Assembly (NCBI RefSeq): GCF_042660085.1
Contig: NZ_JBHSTI010000008.1
Coordinates: 750,001 to 782,000, forward strand
DNA length: 32,000 nucleotides
Direction of reading: 5' to 3'
Source of the DNA: Longivirga aurantiaca
GTDB lineage: Bacteria > Actinomycetota > Actinomycetes > S36-B12 > CAIYMF01
The position numbers were made by a program, and so were the translations under genes. Shown piece by piece: positions 21,944-30,603 of the stretch. The notes below the pieces were generated by a model. It did no database searches, was not told the DNA's origin, and worked only from the letters and a program-made list of their open reading frames with translations. Each line of letters opens with the position of its first letter. The stretch's first letter is position 1.

Positions 21944-22405
21944 TCAGTCGTGGAGCTGGAGGCTCGCGACGTGGGCGCCCGGCGGCAGGTCCTTCACCTG
22001 CTCGTGGATCTGGCCGAGCAGATTGACCGAGACGATGAAGTCGAGCAGCTCGATGTTGGCCGGCTCCATCTCGCCGCCGAGCACCGGCGGACGGGTGAAC
22101 GAGTAGACCTCGTCCTCGCCCGGTACGACGCCCGCCGCCTCAGCGGCCTCCGCCAGGCCGACCAGGAGGTACTGCTCCTGGCCCGTGACGGTGTTGAGCT
22201 CGGCGTGGCAGGCCTCGGCGGTGTCCCAGCGACGCGTCAGCGTGCCCTCGAGCGTGTCGAGGAACCACCAGCCGTCGACGCCCTCGAGGAACACGTCGCC
22301 GAACGGCGAGCAGAAGCGCGGCTCCTTGCCGAACAGGTCGGTCCACGCCCAGGACTCCAGCGCACGGGCGTAGGCCTCGGGGCTGAATCGACGGATGACG
22401 TCCAT
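21944..22405 (-). CDS. T6SS immunity protein Tdi1 C-terminal / GAD-like (DUF1851-type) domain protein
   Basis: MDVIRRFSPEAYARALESWAWTDLFGKEPRFCSPFGDVFLEGVDGWWFLDTLEGTLTRRWDTAEACHAELNTVTGQEQYLLVGLAEAAEAAG; family assignment from memory of the SPFGDVF...FLDTLEG pattern. Confidence 0.6.
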   Translation of the reverse strand: MDVIRRFSPEAYARALESWAWTDLFGKEPRFCSPFGDVFLEGVDGWWFLDTLEGTLTRRWDTAEACHAELNTVTGQEQYLLVGLAEAAEAAGVVPGEDEVYSFTRPPVLGGEMEPANIELLDFIVSVNLLGQIHEQVKDLPPGAHVASLQLHD

Positions 22406-22449
22406 GGCCCCATCAAACTCCGGTGCCGCGGCGGATGCACGGGGACCGA

Positions 22450-24597
22450 CTAGGTGGTCTCGACCCGGAAGAGCGCGACCGAGCGCGGCGCCACCCGGAC
22501 GGTCGAACCGGTCCTGTCGGTCTTGGTGGCCGTTGTCGGGCGCTTGTCGTCGGTGTCGAGCAGGCGTCGGTAGGAGTCGCCGTACGGCGTGCGCGGGAGC
22601 ACCAGCGGCACCTCCTCGTCGCCGCGGTTGAGCACCACGAGGAACGCGGAGTCGCGCAGCGGGTGGCCGTCGACGTCGCGCTCGCCGAGCTCTCCGTTGA
22701 GCGCCATCACGAGGCAGTCGGTGCCGGGGGAGTTCCAGTCGGCGTCGGTCATGGCGGTGCCGTCGGGGCGCAGCCACTCGAGGTCCTTCGGCTGCCCCTC
22801 GGCCACCGGGCGGCCGTCGAAGAAGTTCGTCTGCCGCAGCGTGGGGTGGTGCCGGCGGGCGTTCAGCGTGACGCGCGTCCACTCGAGCAGGTCGACCTGC
22901 CACGGCTCGAGGTTCCAGTCGATCCAGGAGATCTCGTTGTCCTGGTTGTAGGCGTTGTTGTTGCCGCCCTGGGTGCGGCCCATCTCGTCGCCGGCGACGA
23001 TCATCGGCGTGCCGGCCGAGAGCAGCAGCGTGGCCATCATCGCGCGGCCGGTGCGCAGGCGCGCGAGGTTGACCTCGCGGTCGGCGGTCGGTCCCTCGAC
23101 GCCGTGGTTCCACGACGAGTTGTTGTCGGTGCCGTCGCGGTTGTCCTCGCCGTTGGCCTCGTTGTGCTTCTGGTCGTACGACACGAGGTCGCGCATGGTG
23201 AAGCCGTCGTGGGCGGTGAGGAAGTTGAGCGAGGCGGACGGCGTACGGCCGGAGAACACGTCCTGCGAGCCGGTGAGCCGCCACCCGAGGTCGGCGGGCG
23301 CCTCCTTCGCGGAGGGCCCTCCGCGCCAGAACCGGCGTACGTCGTCGCGGTAGGCGTCGTTCCACTCGGCCCAGGGGGATCCGAACTGGCCGAGGCGGTA
23401 TCCGCCGGGGCCGAGGTCCCAGGGCTCGGAGATGAGCTTGACCTGGCGCAGGATCGGGTCCTGGTGGACGGCGGCGAGGAAGGGCGACCGCTCGTCGAAG
23501 TCCATGCGCTCGCGGGTGAGCGCGGTGGCGAGGTCGAACCGGAACCCGTCGACGTGCATCTCGGTGACCCAGTAGCGCAGCGAGTCCATCACCAGGCGCA
23601 GGACGTCGAGGTCGCCGACGTCGAGCGTGTTGCCGCACCCGGTGGTGTCGACGTAGTGGCCGCTGTGCGGCGCGAGCTTGTAGAAGTCGCGCTCGCCGAG
23701 CCCGCGGAACGACAGCGACGGGCCGTCGGGGCCGCCCTCGCACGTGTGGTTGTAGACGACGTCGAGGATGACCTCGATGCCTGCGGCGTGCAGCTCGCGG
23801 ACCATGTACTTGAACTCGCCGACCTGCGCCCCGGGGCTCTTGTCGGCGGAGTACGCCGCGTGCGGCGCGAAGAAGCCGAGCGTGGAGTAGCCCCAGTAGT
23901 TCCGGGTGCCGCGCGCGGCGAGCGCCGGCTCGGCCACCGAGTGGTGCACGGGCAGCAGCTCGACGGCGGTGACACCCAGCGACGTGAGGTGCTCGATCGC
24001 CGCCGGGTGCGCGAGCCCGGCGTACGTGCCCTGGATGTTCCCGGGGATGAGCGGGTGCCGCTTGGTGTAGCCCTTCACGTGCATCTCGTAGACGACGGTC
24101 TCGCCCCACGGGGTCGCGGGCGGCTCGTCGCCGCGCCAGTCGAAGCCGTCGCTGACGACGACGCCGCGCGGCACGTACGGCGCGGAGTCGCGCGGGTCGG
24201 GCTTGGACGCATCGGTGGGCAGCCCCGGGCGCGGCACGTCGGCCGACGTGACATCGCCGGTGATCGCGCGGGCGTACGGGTCGACGAGCAGCTTGGCCGG
24301 GTTGAAGCGCAGGCCGTGGTCGGGCACCCAGGGGCCGTGCGCCCGGAGGCCGTACTGCGTCCCGAGCTCGATCCCCGGGAGGAACGCGTGGTGGACGCCG
24401 TGGCTGCGCGCCTCGAGCGGCACGCGCACCTCCTCGTCGCCGAGGAAGAGGCAGGCCTCCACGAGCTCGGCCGACGGGGCGCGGACGGCGAGGTTGAGGC
24501 CCTCGGGGGTCCAGGTGGCGCCCAGGGGGGTGGGCAGGCCGGGAGGCCGCACGACCGTCGGGGACGGCAGCTCGTGCGAGGACGCGTCCGTGGACAC
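22450..24597 (-). CDS. glgX: Glycogen debranching enzyme GlgX
   Basis: PTPLGATWTPEGLNLAVRAPSAELVEACLF; GIEVILDVVYNHTCEGGPDGPSLSFRG; VTEMHVDGFRFDLATALTRE; VKLISEPWDLGPGGYRLGQFGSPWAEWNDAYRDDVRRFWRG; FLTAHDGFTMRDLVSYDQKHNEANGEDNRDG. Confidence 0.96.
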   Translation of the reverse strand: MSTDASSHELPSPTVVRPPGLPTPLGATWTPEGLNLAVRAPSAELVEACLFLGDEEVRVPLEARSHGVHHAFLPGIELGTQYGLRAHGPWVPDHGLRFNPAKLLVDPYARAITGDVTSADVPRPGLPTDASKPDPRDSAPYVPRGVVVSDGFDWRGDEPPATPWGETVVYEMHVKGYTKRHPLIPGNIQGTYAGLAHPAAIEHLTSLGVTAVELLPVHHSVAEPALAARGTRNYWGYSTLGFFAPHAAYSADKSPGAQVGEFKYMVRELHAAGIEVILDVVYNHTCEGGPDGPSLSFRGLGERDFYKLAPHSGHYVDTTGCGNTLDVGDLDVLRLVMDSLRYWVTEMHVDGFRFDLATALTRERMDFDERSPFLAAVHQDPILRQVKLISEPWDLGPGGYRLGQFGSPWAEWNDAYRDDVRRFWRGGPSAKEAPADLGWRLTGSQDVFSGRTPSASLNFLTAHDGFTMRDLVSYDQKHNEANGEDNRDGTDNNSSWNHGVEGPTADREVNLARLRTGRAMMATLLLSAGTPMIVAGDEMGRTQGGNNNAYNQDNEISWIDWNLEPWQVDLLEWTRVTLNARRHHPTLRQTNFFDGRPVAEGQPKDLEWLRPDGTAMTDADWNSPGTDCLVMALNGELGERDVDGHPLRDSAFLVVLNRGDEEVPLVLPRTPYGDSYRRLLDTDDKRPTTATKTDRTGSTVRVAPRSVALFRVETT

Positions 24598-24772
24598 GCG
24601 GGGACCCCCTGGGGCCGCTGGGCCGCCGTACGGCGGGGCCGCGTGCGCGCGGCCGGGGACAGTCTGCCCGACCGTCCCGGGGTCGCGCGGGGAGGCCCGT
24701 GGCTAGGCTCGCGACGTCGGCGGCGCGGGTGCCGCGGCGGCCGCGCGGCGGCCGGAGCGCAAGGAGGACGAC

Positions 24773-25552
24773 GTGGGCGAGCTCGTGCACCTCGAGGTGG
24801 CGGACGGCGTCGGCACGATCCGGCTCGACCGCCCGCCCATGAACGCCCTCTCCCGGCAGGTGCAGGAGGAGATCCGAGCGGCCGCGCTCGAGGCCACCGA
24901 GCGTGCCGAGGTCCGCGCCGTGGTCGTGTACGGCGGCCCGAAGGTGTTCGCCGCCGGTGCCGACGTCAAGGAGATGGCGGGCTGGTCGTACCAGCAGATG
25001 GTCGACAACTCCGTCGGGCTCGGCTCGTCGTTCACCGCCGTGGCCGCCATCCCGAAGCCGACGATCGCGGCGATCACCGGCTACGCCCTCGGCGGCGGCT
25101 GCGAGCTCGCGCTGTGCTGCGACCTGCGTATCGCCGGCGACAACGCCAGGCTCGGGCAGCCGGAGATCCTGCTCGGCATCATCCCGGGAGCCGGCGGCAC
25201 GCAGCGCCTCACGCGCCTCGTCGGCCCGTCCCGCGCGAAGGACCTGATCTTCACCGGCCGCTTCGTCGACGCCGCGGAGGCGCTCGCGATCGGTCTCGTC
25301 GACCGCGTCGTCGCGCCCGACGACGTGTACGCCGAGGCCCTCGCGCTCGCAGCCAAGCTGGCCGCGGGTGCGCCGTACGCCCTGCGCGCGGCGAAGGAGG
25401 CCATCGACCGCGGGCTCGAGGTCGACCTCGCGACCGGGCTGGAGATCGAGCGGCTGCAGTTCACCGGGCTGTTCGCCACCGAGGACCGCTCGATCGGCAT
25501 GGCGTCCTTCATCGAGAACGGCCCCGGCAAGGCCGTCTGGTCCGGCCGCTGA
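24773..25552 (+). CDS. Enoyl-CoA hydratase/isomerase family protein
   Basis: LDRPPMNALSRQVQEEI; FAAGADVKEMA; ITGYALGGGCELALCCDLRIAGDNARLGQPEILLGIIPGAGGTQRLTRLVG; AAGGAGG-type SD upstream of GTG. Confidence 0.93.
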   Translation: MGELVHLEVADGVGTIRLDRPPMNALSRQVQEEIRAAALEATERAEVRAVVVYGGPKVFAAGADVKEMAGWSYQQMVDNSVGLGSSFTAVAAIPKPTIAAITGYALGGGCELALCCDLRIAGDNARLGQPEILLGIIPGAGGTQRLTRLVGPSRAKDLIFTGRFVDAAEALAIGLVDRVVAPDDVYAEALALAAKLAAGAPYALRAAKEAIDRGLEVDLATGLEIERLQFTGLFATEDRSIGMASFIENGPGKAVWSGR

Positions 25553-25647
25553 CCGTCTCGTTCCTCGAGCGTCCTTCGGGTTGACGGCGGAGGACAGCGG
25601 CGTCAGGCGGTTCGACGGACGGTGTACGGCCGACATAGCCTCGGCGC

Positions 25648-26646
25648 ATGAGCGACCCGTCCGTCGACGTCCCTGTCGAGACCGACGCGCCCGTGCCGGG
25701 TGCCGCGGCCACGCGCGAGCAGGTCGAGGCGGCGTTCCACGACCCGAAGCTCGCGAACGTGCTGTATCACGACTGGGAAGCGGCGACGTACGACGAGAAG
25801 TGGTCGATCTCGTACGACGAGCGCTGCATCGCGTACGCCCGCGAGCGGTTCGCGCACGTGGCGGGCACCGACGGCTGGCCGTACGGCTCTGCGCTCGAGC
25901 TCGGCTGCGGCACCGGCTTCTTCCTGCTCAACCTCAAGCAGGCCGGCGTGCTCGACGAGGGCCACGTGACCGACCTGTCGCCCGGCATGGTGAAGGTCGC
26001 GGTGCGCAACGCCGAGTCGCTCGGCTTCACCGTCGAGGGACGCGTGGCCGACGCCGAGTCGCTGCCGTACGACGACGACACGTTCGACCTCGTCGTGGGG
26101 CATGCCGTGCTGCACCACATCCCCGACCTCGACCTCGCGATGCGCGAGGTGATGCGCGTCCTGAAGCCCGGTGGCCGGTTCGTGTTCGCGGGCGAGCCGA
26201 CCGAGAAGGGCGACTGGGTCGCGCGGCGGCTCTCGCGCCTCACCTGGTGGGCCGCGAAGAAGGTCACGCGCCTGCCGCCGCTGCAGCAGAAGTGGGCGCG
26301 GCCGGTCGCCGAGCTCGAGGAGTCCTCCCGTGCGGCGGCGCTCGAGTCGGTCGTCGACATCCACACGTTCGACCCCGACCGCCTCGCGGCCCTCGCGCTC
26401 CGGGCCGGCGCGATCGACGTACGCACCGTCACCGAGGAGCTCACAGCATCCTGGTTCGGCTGGCCGGTGCGCACGTTCGAGGCTGCGGTGAAGCCCGGAG
26501 CCCTCGGCTGGAACTGGGCGATGTTCGCCTACCAGGGCTGGCTGCGGCTGTCGTGGCTCGACGAGAACGTGATGAGCAAGGTCGTCCCAGACGAGCTCTT
26601 CTACAACGTCTGCATCACCGGCACCAAGCCCGCCGTGAATGCCTAG
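25648..26646 (+). CDS. Class I SAM-dependent methyltransferase
   Basis: ALELGCGTGFFLLNLKQAG (motif I), VEGRVADAESLPYDDDTFDLVVGHAVLHHIPDLDLAMREVMRVLKPGGRFVFAGEP. Confidence 0.9.
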   Translation: MSDPSVDVPVETDAPVPGAAATREQVEAAFHDPKLANVLYHDWEAATYDEKWSISYDERCIAYARERFAHVAGTDGWPYGSALELGCGTGFFLLNLKQAGVLDEGHVTDLSPGMVKVAVRNAESLGFTVEGRVADAESLPYDDDTFDLVVGHAVLHHIPDLDLAMREVMRVLKPGGRFVFAGEPTEKGDWVARRLSRLTWWAAKKVTRLPPLQQKWARPVAELEESSRAAALESVVDIHTFDPDRLAALALRAGAIDVRTVTEELTASWFGWPVRTFEAAVKPGALGWNWAMFAYQGWLRLSWLDENVMSKVVPDELFYNVCITGTKPAVNA

Positions 26647-26689
26647 TTTGTTGCGCTCTGAGCAACGAGGGCCCCCTTCATCGCGAAGG

Positions 26690-27232
26690 TCAGGCGGAGA
26701 GGGTGCGCAGGGTGGGGCCGGTGAGCGGGAGCACCGTCTGCACGAGGCCGTCCTCGCCCTGGTGGAACTGCGGGTGCAGGGCGCCCGAGCGCAGGCGCCG
26801 CATGAGCGCGTGCGCGCCGGTCGAGGTCTGCAGCGAGTAGGTCACCACGCGGTCGATGCCCCAGGCGTCGGCCACGTCGAGCGCAGCCTCGGCCAGGGCG
26901 AGGCCGACGCCGTACCGCTGCCACGCGTCCTCCACCAGCAGCGCCAGCTCGACGGGCTGGCCCTGGTGGTCGGCGAGGTGCCCGAGCCCGACCACCTCGT
27001 GGCCCACCTCGGCCACCAGCGCGAGCCGTGTCTCGAGCAGCCGTGCCTGCAGCGTGGGGGAGATCGCGGGTACGGCGCTGAAGTACCGACGGAACACCGT
27101 GTCCGTCGAGCACCGGTGGTGCATCCGTTCGACCGCGGCGAGGTCGCCGGGTCGGGCGGTGCGCACCACGACAGGCCCACGGGCAGTCATCAGCTCGCGC
27201 GGGAGCAGGCGGCCGAGCTCGTCGGTGTCCAT
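26690..27232 (-). CDS. GNAT family N-acetyltransferase
   Basis: VVVRTARPGDLAAVERMHHRCSTDTVFRRYF; VELALLVEDAWQRYGVGLALAEAALDVADAWGIDRV. Confidence 0.85.
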   Translation of the reverse strand: MDTDELGRLLPRELMTARGPVVVRTARPGDLAAVERMHHRCSTDTVFRRYFSAVPAISPTLQARLLETRLALVAEVGHEVVGLGHLADHQGQPVELALLVEDAWQRYGVGLALAEAALDVADAWGIDRVVTYSLQTSTGAHALMRRLRSGALHPQFHQGEDGLVQTVLPLTGPTLRTLSA

Positions 27233-27270
27233 GCCCCCACGGTGACCCCTGCGGGTTACGCCGCCGTGTC

Positions 27271-28083
27271 ATGGACGCGTCCTGCAGGTTGCCCCGTTCG
27301 TACGTCGCCGAGCACCCGACGTACGCTGCGCACGTGATCCTGGAGGCCGTCGGCGCAGTGGCGCGACGCGTGCGCGGCCTGCCGCCGCGCGACGCGCGCC
27401 AGGCGAAGTTCGTCACGCTCGACTCGCTCCGGTGGTGCTGGCGCAACCGCGCGTTCGACCGGTGGTACCTCACCCGCTACTGGCGGCTCATGTGGCTGCG
27501 CCTGCTCCACCCGGACGTCGTCACCGAGGGCATGGTGTTCATCGGCAAGCGCGTCGAGCTCTTCGCCCGCACCGGCTACGCGCGGCTCATCCTCGGCCGC
27601 TGGGTGCACGTCGGCGACGAGAACCGGCTGCGCGCGCACGAGGGCACGCTGCGCGTCGGCGACAAGTGCGTCTTCGGCCGCGACAACACCATCAACTGCT
27701 ACCTCGACGTCGAGTTCGGGCAGGGCACGATCGTGGCCGACTGGGTCTACATCTGCGACTTCGACCACGTGTACGACGACATCCATGTGCCCATCAAGGA
27801 CCAGGGCATCGTGAAGTCGCCCGTGCGGATCGGGCCCGACTGCTGGATCGGCGCGAAGGTCACCGTCCTGCGCGGCTCGACCGTGGGCCACGGCTGCGTG
27901 CTGGCTGCGCACACCGTCGTCCGCGGCGACGTGCCGCCGATGGCGATCGTCGGCGGAGTTCCGGGCAAGGTCCTCAAGGACCGCGTCGAGGTGTACGAGG
28001 CGAAGGCCGCCACGCGGGCCGCCCTCGAGGACATCGCGCGCAAGACCGCCCGCGCCGCAGGCACCCTCAAGGAGCCTGCGTGA
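27271..28083 (+). CDS. Left-handed beta-helix (hexapeptide-repeat) acyltransferase
   Basis: Hexapeptide-like repeats LRVGDKCVFGRDNTINCYLDVEFGQGTIVADWVYICDFDH...VRIGPDCWIGAKVTVLRGSTVGHGCVLAAHTVVRGDVPPMAIVGGVPGKVL; the true start could be internal (e.g. 27334). Confidence 0.88.
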   Translation: MDASCRLPRSYVAEHPTYAAHVILEAVGAVARRVRGLPPRDARQAKFVTLDSLRWCWRNRAFDRWYLTRYWRLMWLRLLHPDVVTEGMVFIGKRVELFARTGYARLILGRWVHVGDENRLRAHEGTLRVGDKCVFGRDNTINCYLDVEFGQGTIVADWVYICDFDHVYDDIHVPIKDQGIVKSPVRIGPDCWIGAKVTVLRGSTVGHGCVLAAHTVVRGDVPPMAIVGGVPGKVLKDRVEVYEAKAATRAALEDIARKTARAAGTLKEPA

Positions 28084-28802
28084 CGAGCCCGATGCGCACG
28101 ATCGGTCTCCTCGGCGGCACCTCGTGGGAGTCGACCGCCGACTACTACGCCCTGCTGAACCGTGGCGCGGCCGAGCGGCTCGGCCCCTTGCGGCAGCCGC
28201 CGATCGTCCTGCACTCCGTGGACTTCGCCGAGCTCGCGGCGCTGCAGGCCGCAGACCGCTGGGACGTCCTCGCCGAGCAGTACGCCGCCATCACGCACGC
28301 GCTCGTCGACGCGGGTGCGACGGTCCTCGGCATCTGCGCCAACTCGATGCACCTGGTGGCCGACCAGGTCCGCGCGGCGGCGGGGGAGTCGGCAGCTCTC
28401 GTCCACATCGTCGACGCGACCGCCGAGGCGGTCCGCCGCGAGGGTGCCTCACGCGTCGCTCTGCTCGGCACGGCGTACACGATGGAGAAGCCGTTCTACG
28501 TCGAGGCTCTCCGGACGAGGGGCCTCGACGTCGTCGTCCCGGCCGCCGACGAGCGAGCCGAGCTGCAGCGGATCATCTACTCCGAGCTGACGCAGGGCGT
28601 GGTCCGGCCTGAGTCGCGCGCCTACCTGCTCGAGGTCGTACGTCGCTGCGCGGATGAGGGTGCCGAGGCGGCGCTGCTCGCGTGCACCGAGTTCCAGATG
28701 CTCGTCACGCCCGGCGCCCCCGACTCCGCGCTGCCGCTCGTGGACACCACCCGCGAGCACGCCCGTGCGCTGCTCGACGCCGCGATCGACGGACCGGCAT
28801 GA
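28080..28802 (+). CDS. Aspartate/glutamate racemase family protein
   Basis: MRTIGLLGGTSWESTADYYALLN; GICANSMHLVAD; RVALLGTAYTMEKPFY; ALLACTEFQMLV; GTG overlaps the upstream TGA (GTGA). Confidence 0.9.
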   Translation: MTSPMRTIGLLGGTSWESTADYYALLNRGAAERLGPLRQPPIVLHSVDFAELAALQAADRWDVLAEQYAAITHALVDAGATVLGICANSMHLVADQVRAAAGESAALVHIVDATAEAVRREGASRVALLGTAYTMEKPFYVEALRTRGLDVVVPAADERAELQRIIYSELTQGVVRPESRAYLLEVVRRCADEGAEAALLACTEFQMLVTPGAPDSALPLVDTTREHARALLDAAIDGPA

Positions 28803-29269
28803 CCAAGGAGGGTGGCGTCGGACCGATCGTCGAGTCGGTGTTCGTCCCGGCAGACCCTGAGGCTGTTTACGCCGCCTTCACGGACGGCATCGGCACGTGG
28901 TGGCCGGTCGGCACGCACTCCGTCTCCGGGGTCGTCGTCGAGGGCCTCGAGCTCGAGGCGCACGCCGGCGGGCTGCTCGTGGAGGTGTGGGCCGACGGCA
29001 CGCGTGCGCCGTGGGCGCACGTGGTCACCGTGGTGCCGGCGTCGCTCCTCTCGTTCGCGTGGAACCCGGGCGGCGGCCCACGCCCCGCCACGACCGTCGA
29101 GGTCGCCTTCACGGCTGTGGCCGAGGGCACCCAGGTGCGCGTGACGCACTCCGGCTGGGAGCCCCTCGGCGAGGAGGCGCGGATGGACTACGTGGCGGGC
29201 TGGCCGTTCGTGCTCGACCGCCTGGCGCTGCACGTGAGCCGACCCGGACCGCGCGCAGACTGGGCCTGA
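28799..29269 (+). CDS. SRPBCC / AHSA1-like (START-fold) protein
   Basis: VESVFVPADPEAVYAAFTDGIGTWWPVGTHS...; TTVEVAFTAVAEGTQVRVTHSGWEPLGEEARMDYVAGWPFVLDRLALHV; ATG overlaps the upstream TGA (ATGA). Confidence 0.85.
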   Translation: MTKEGGVGPIVESVFVPADPEAVYAAFTDGIGTWWPVGTHSVSGVVVEGLELEAHAGGLLVEVWADGTRAPWAHVVTVVPASLLSFAWNPGGGPRPATTVEVAFTAVAEGTQVRVTHSGWEPLGEEARMDYVAGWPFVLDRLALHVSRPGPRADWA

Positions 29270-29279
29270 GCGGCCGCCG

Positions 29280-29780
29280 TCAGACCAGGGCGGCGGTGAC
29301 CGTGGGCGCGGTGCGCAGCGTCTGCAGCACCACGCAGTAGCGCTCGGTGAGCCGCAGCAGCGTCGCCAGCGCGTCGGCGTCGGCGTCCGACTGGACGTCG
29401 AACGACAGGCGGATGTCGGAGAACCCGACCGGTGCCTCCTTGTCGACGCCGAGGGTCCCGCGGAAGTCGAGGTCGCCGTCGGCGGTGATGCTGCCGGAGG
29501 CGATGGTGATCCCCATCGACGTCGCCACCGCCTGCATCGTGACGCCGGCGCACGCCACGAGGGCCTGCAGCAGCATGTCGCCGGAGCAGACCGCCATGCC
29601 GCTGCCGCCGGTGGCCGGGTGAAGGCCGGCCTCCACGAGGGCGCGCCCCGTCTGCACGGAGCAGGTGAGCCCCTCGGTCAGGTCGCCGGTGGCCGACAGG
29701 GTGACGAGCGCGGTCGCAGCGTCCTCGCGGTAGCGCTCCTTGAGCGGTGCCTGCAGCGCCTTGAGCTCGTCCTGGAGCAT
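29280..29780 (-). CDS. OsmC family peroxiredoxin-like protein
   Basis: GLHPATGGSGMAVCSGDMLLQALVACAGVTMQAVATSMG; DIRLSFDVQSDADADALATLLRLTERYCVVLQTLR; the ORF track extends it spuriously to 30860. Confidence 0.85.
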   Translation of the reverse strand: MLQDELKALQAPLKERYREDAATALVTLSATGDLTEGLTCSVQTGRALVEAGLHPATGGSGMAVCSGDMLLQALVACAGVTMQAVATSMGITIASGSITADGDLDFRGTLGVDKEAPVGFSDIRLSFDVQSDADADALATLLRLTERYCVVLQTLRTAPTVTAALV

Positions 29781-29803
29781 GGCGACGTCCCTTCCTCGAA
29801 GTG

Positions 29804-30529
29804 CTAGGCCAGTACGAGCGCGACGACCGAGGCGAGCGAGAGCACGTACATCGCGATGATCAGCACGGCCTCGTCCTTGGCCGCCGCGCTGCCCTCCTTC
29901 TTCACCGAGCCGCCCACCACGAGGCTGAGGTCGAAGAGGAAGTGCAGCACGATCGGGAGCCACAGCGAGCCGGTCAGCACCAGCGAGGCGAAGAGGCCGA
30001 GGCCCATGAGCGCGGAGGCCACGACCTGCTGCACCGTGGTCTTCGCGTCCTGCCCGTTGAGGATGTTGGCCCCGTGCAGCAGCCCGAAGACCACCGACGA
30101 GACCACACCGACCCAGACCAGGCCGAGCCCGGCCTCCTGCAGCGCGCCGACGAAGTAGCCGCGGATGAGCAGCTCCTCGGACAGCCCCACGAGGAACGTC
30201 GCGAGCAGTGCGACGCCGACGAAGCGCCCGTTCACCTGCGACCAGGGATTGCGCACCAGGCGCAGGACGACGCCGAGCAGGATCACGACCGGGATCGCCC
30301 ACAGCCACGCCGCGGAGACGGTCGGCGCGAAGGAGAAGGCGTCGGCCAGCCGTCCGGTCGCGGCGAGGAAAGCCACGAGCACCGCCGTCATGACCGCGAC
30401 GGGGATGAGCACGCCCTTGCGGAGGTTCGGCTCGCTCTCGGCGATGGCGACGTACGGCACGCCTGACGCCTTCTGCAGCGCTATCAGCCCGGCCAGGTAC
30501 ACCGCGCACACGACGATCCCGAGCAGCAT
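29804..30529 (-). CDS. CPBP family intramembrane glutamic endopeptidase
   Basis: VGLSEELLIRGYFVGALQ (EE motif), VFGLLHGANIL, LWLPIVLHFLFDLS; many TM helices. Confidence 0.92.
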   Translation of the reverse strand: MLLGIVVCAVYLAGLIALQKASGVPYVAIAESEPNLRKGVLIPVAVMTAVLVAFLAATGRLADAFSFAPTVSAAWLWAIPVVILLGVVLRLVRNPWSQVNGRFVGVALLATFLVGLSEELLIRGYFVGALQEAGLGLVWVGVVSSVVFGLLHGANILNGQDAKTTVQQVVASALMGLGLFASLVLTGSLWLPIVLHFLFDLSLVVGGSVKKEGSAAAKDEAVLIIAMYVLSLASVVALVLA

Positions 30530-30603
30530 GGCACCACCTCGCCGGGCGCCGGCCCCTCGGTGGCGTCCGCACCGACTCTAGCGACGCGTGCGAGGCTGGA
30601 CCC

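Noticed and set aside
21944-25636. 1230-aa minus-strand and 1053-aa plus-strand (22423..25584) ORFs
   Set aside because: Frame extensions or shadows across glgX and echA; only the C-terminal 153 aa (DUF1851-like, from 22405) of the minus ORF looks genuine.
26647-26689. Short inverted repeats (GTTGC...GCAAC, CCTTC...GAAGG) between the methyltransferase and GNAT genes
   Set aside because: Only 5-bp arms; could help termination but too weak to call.
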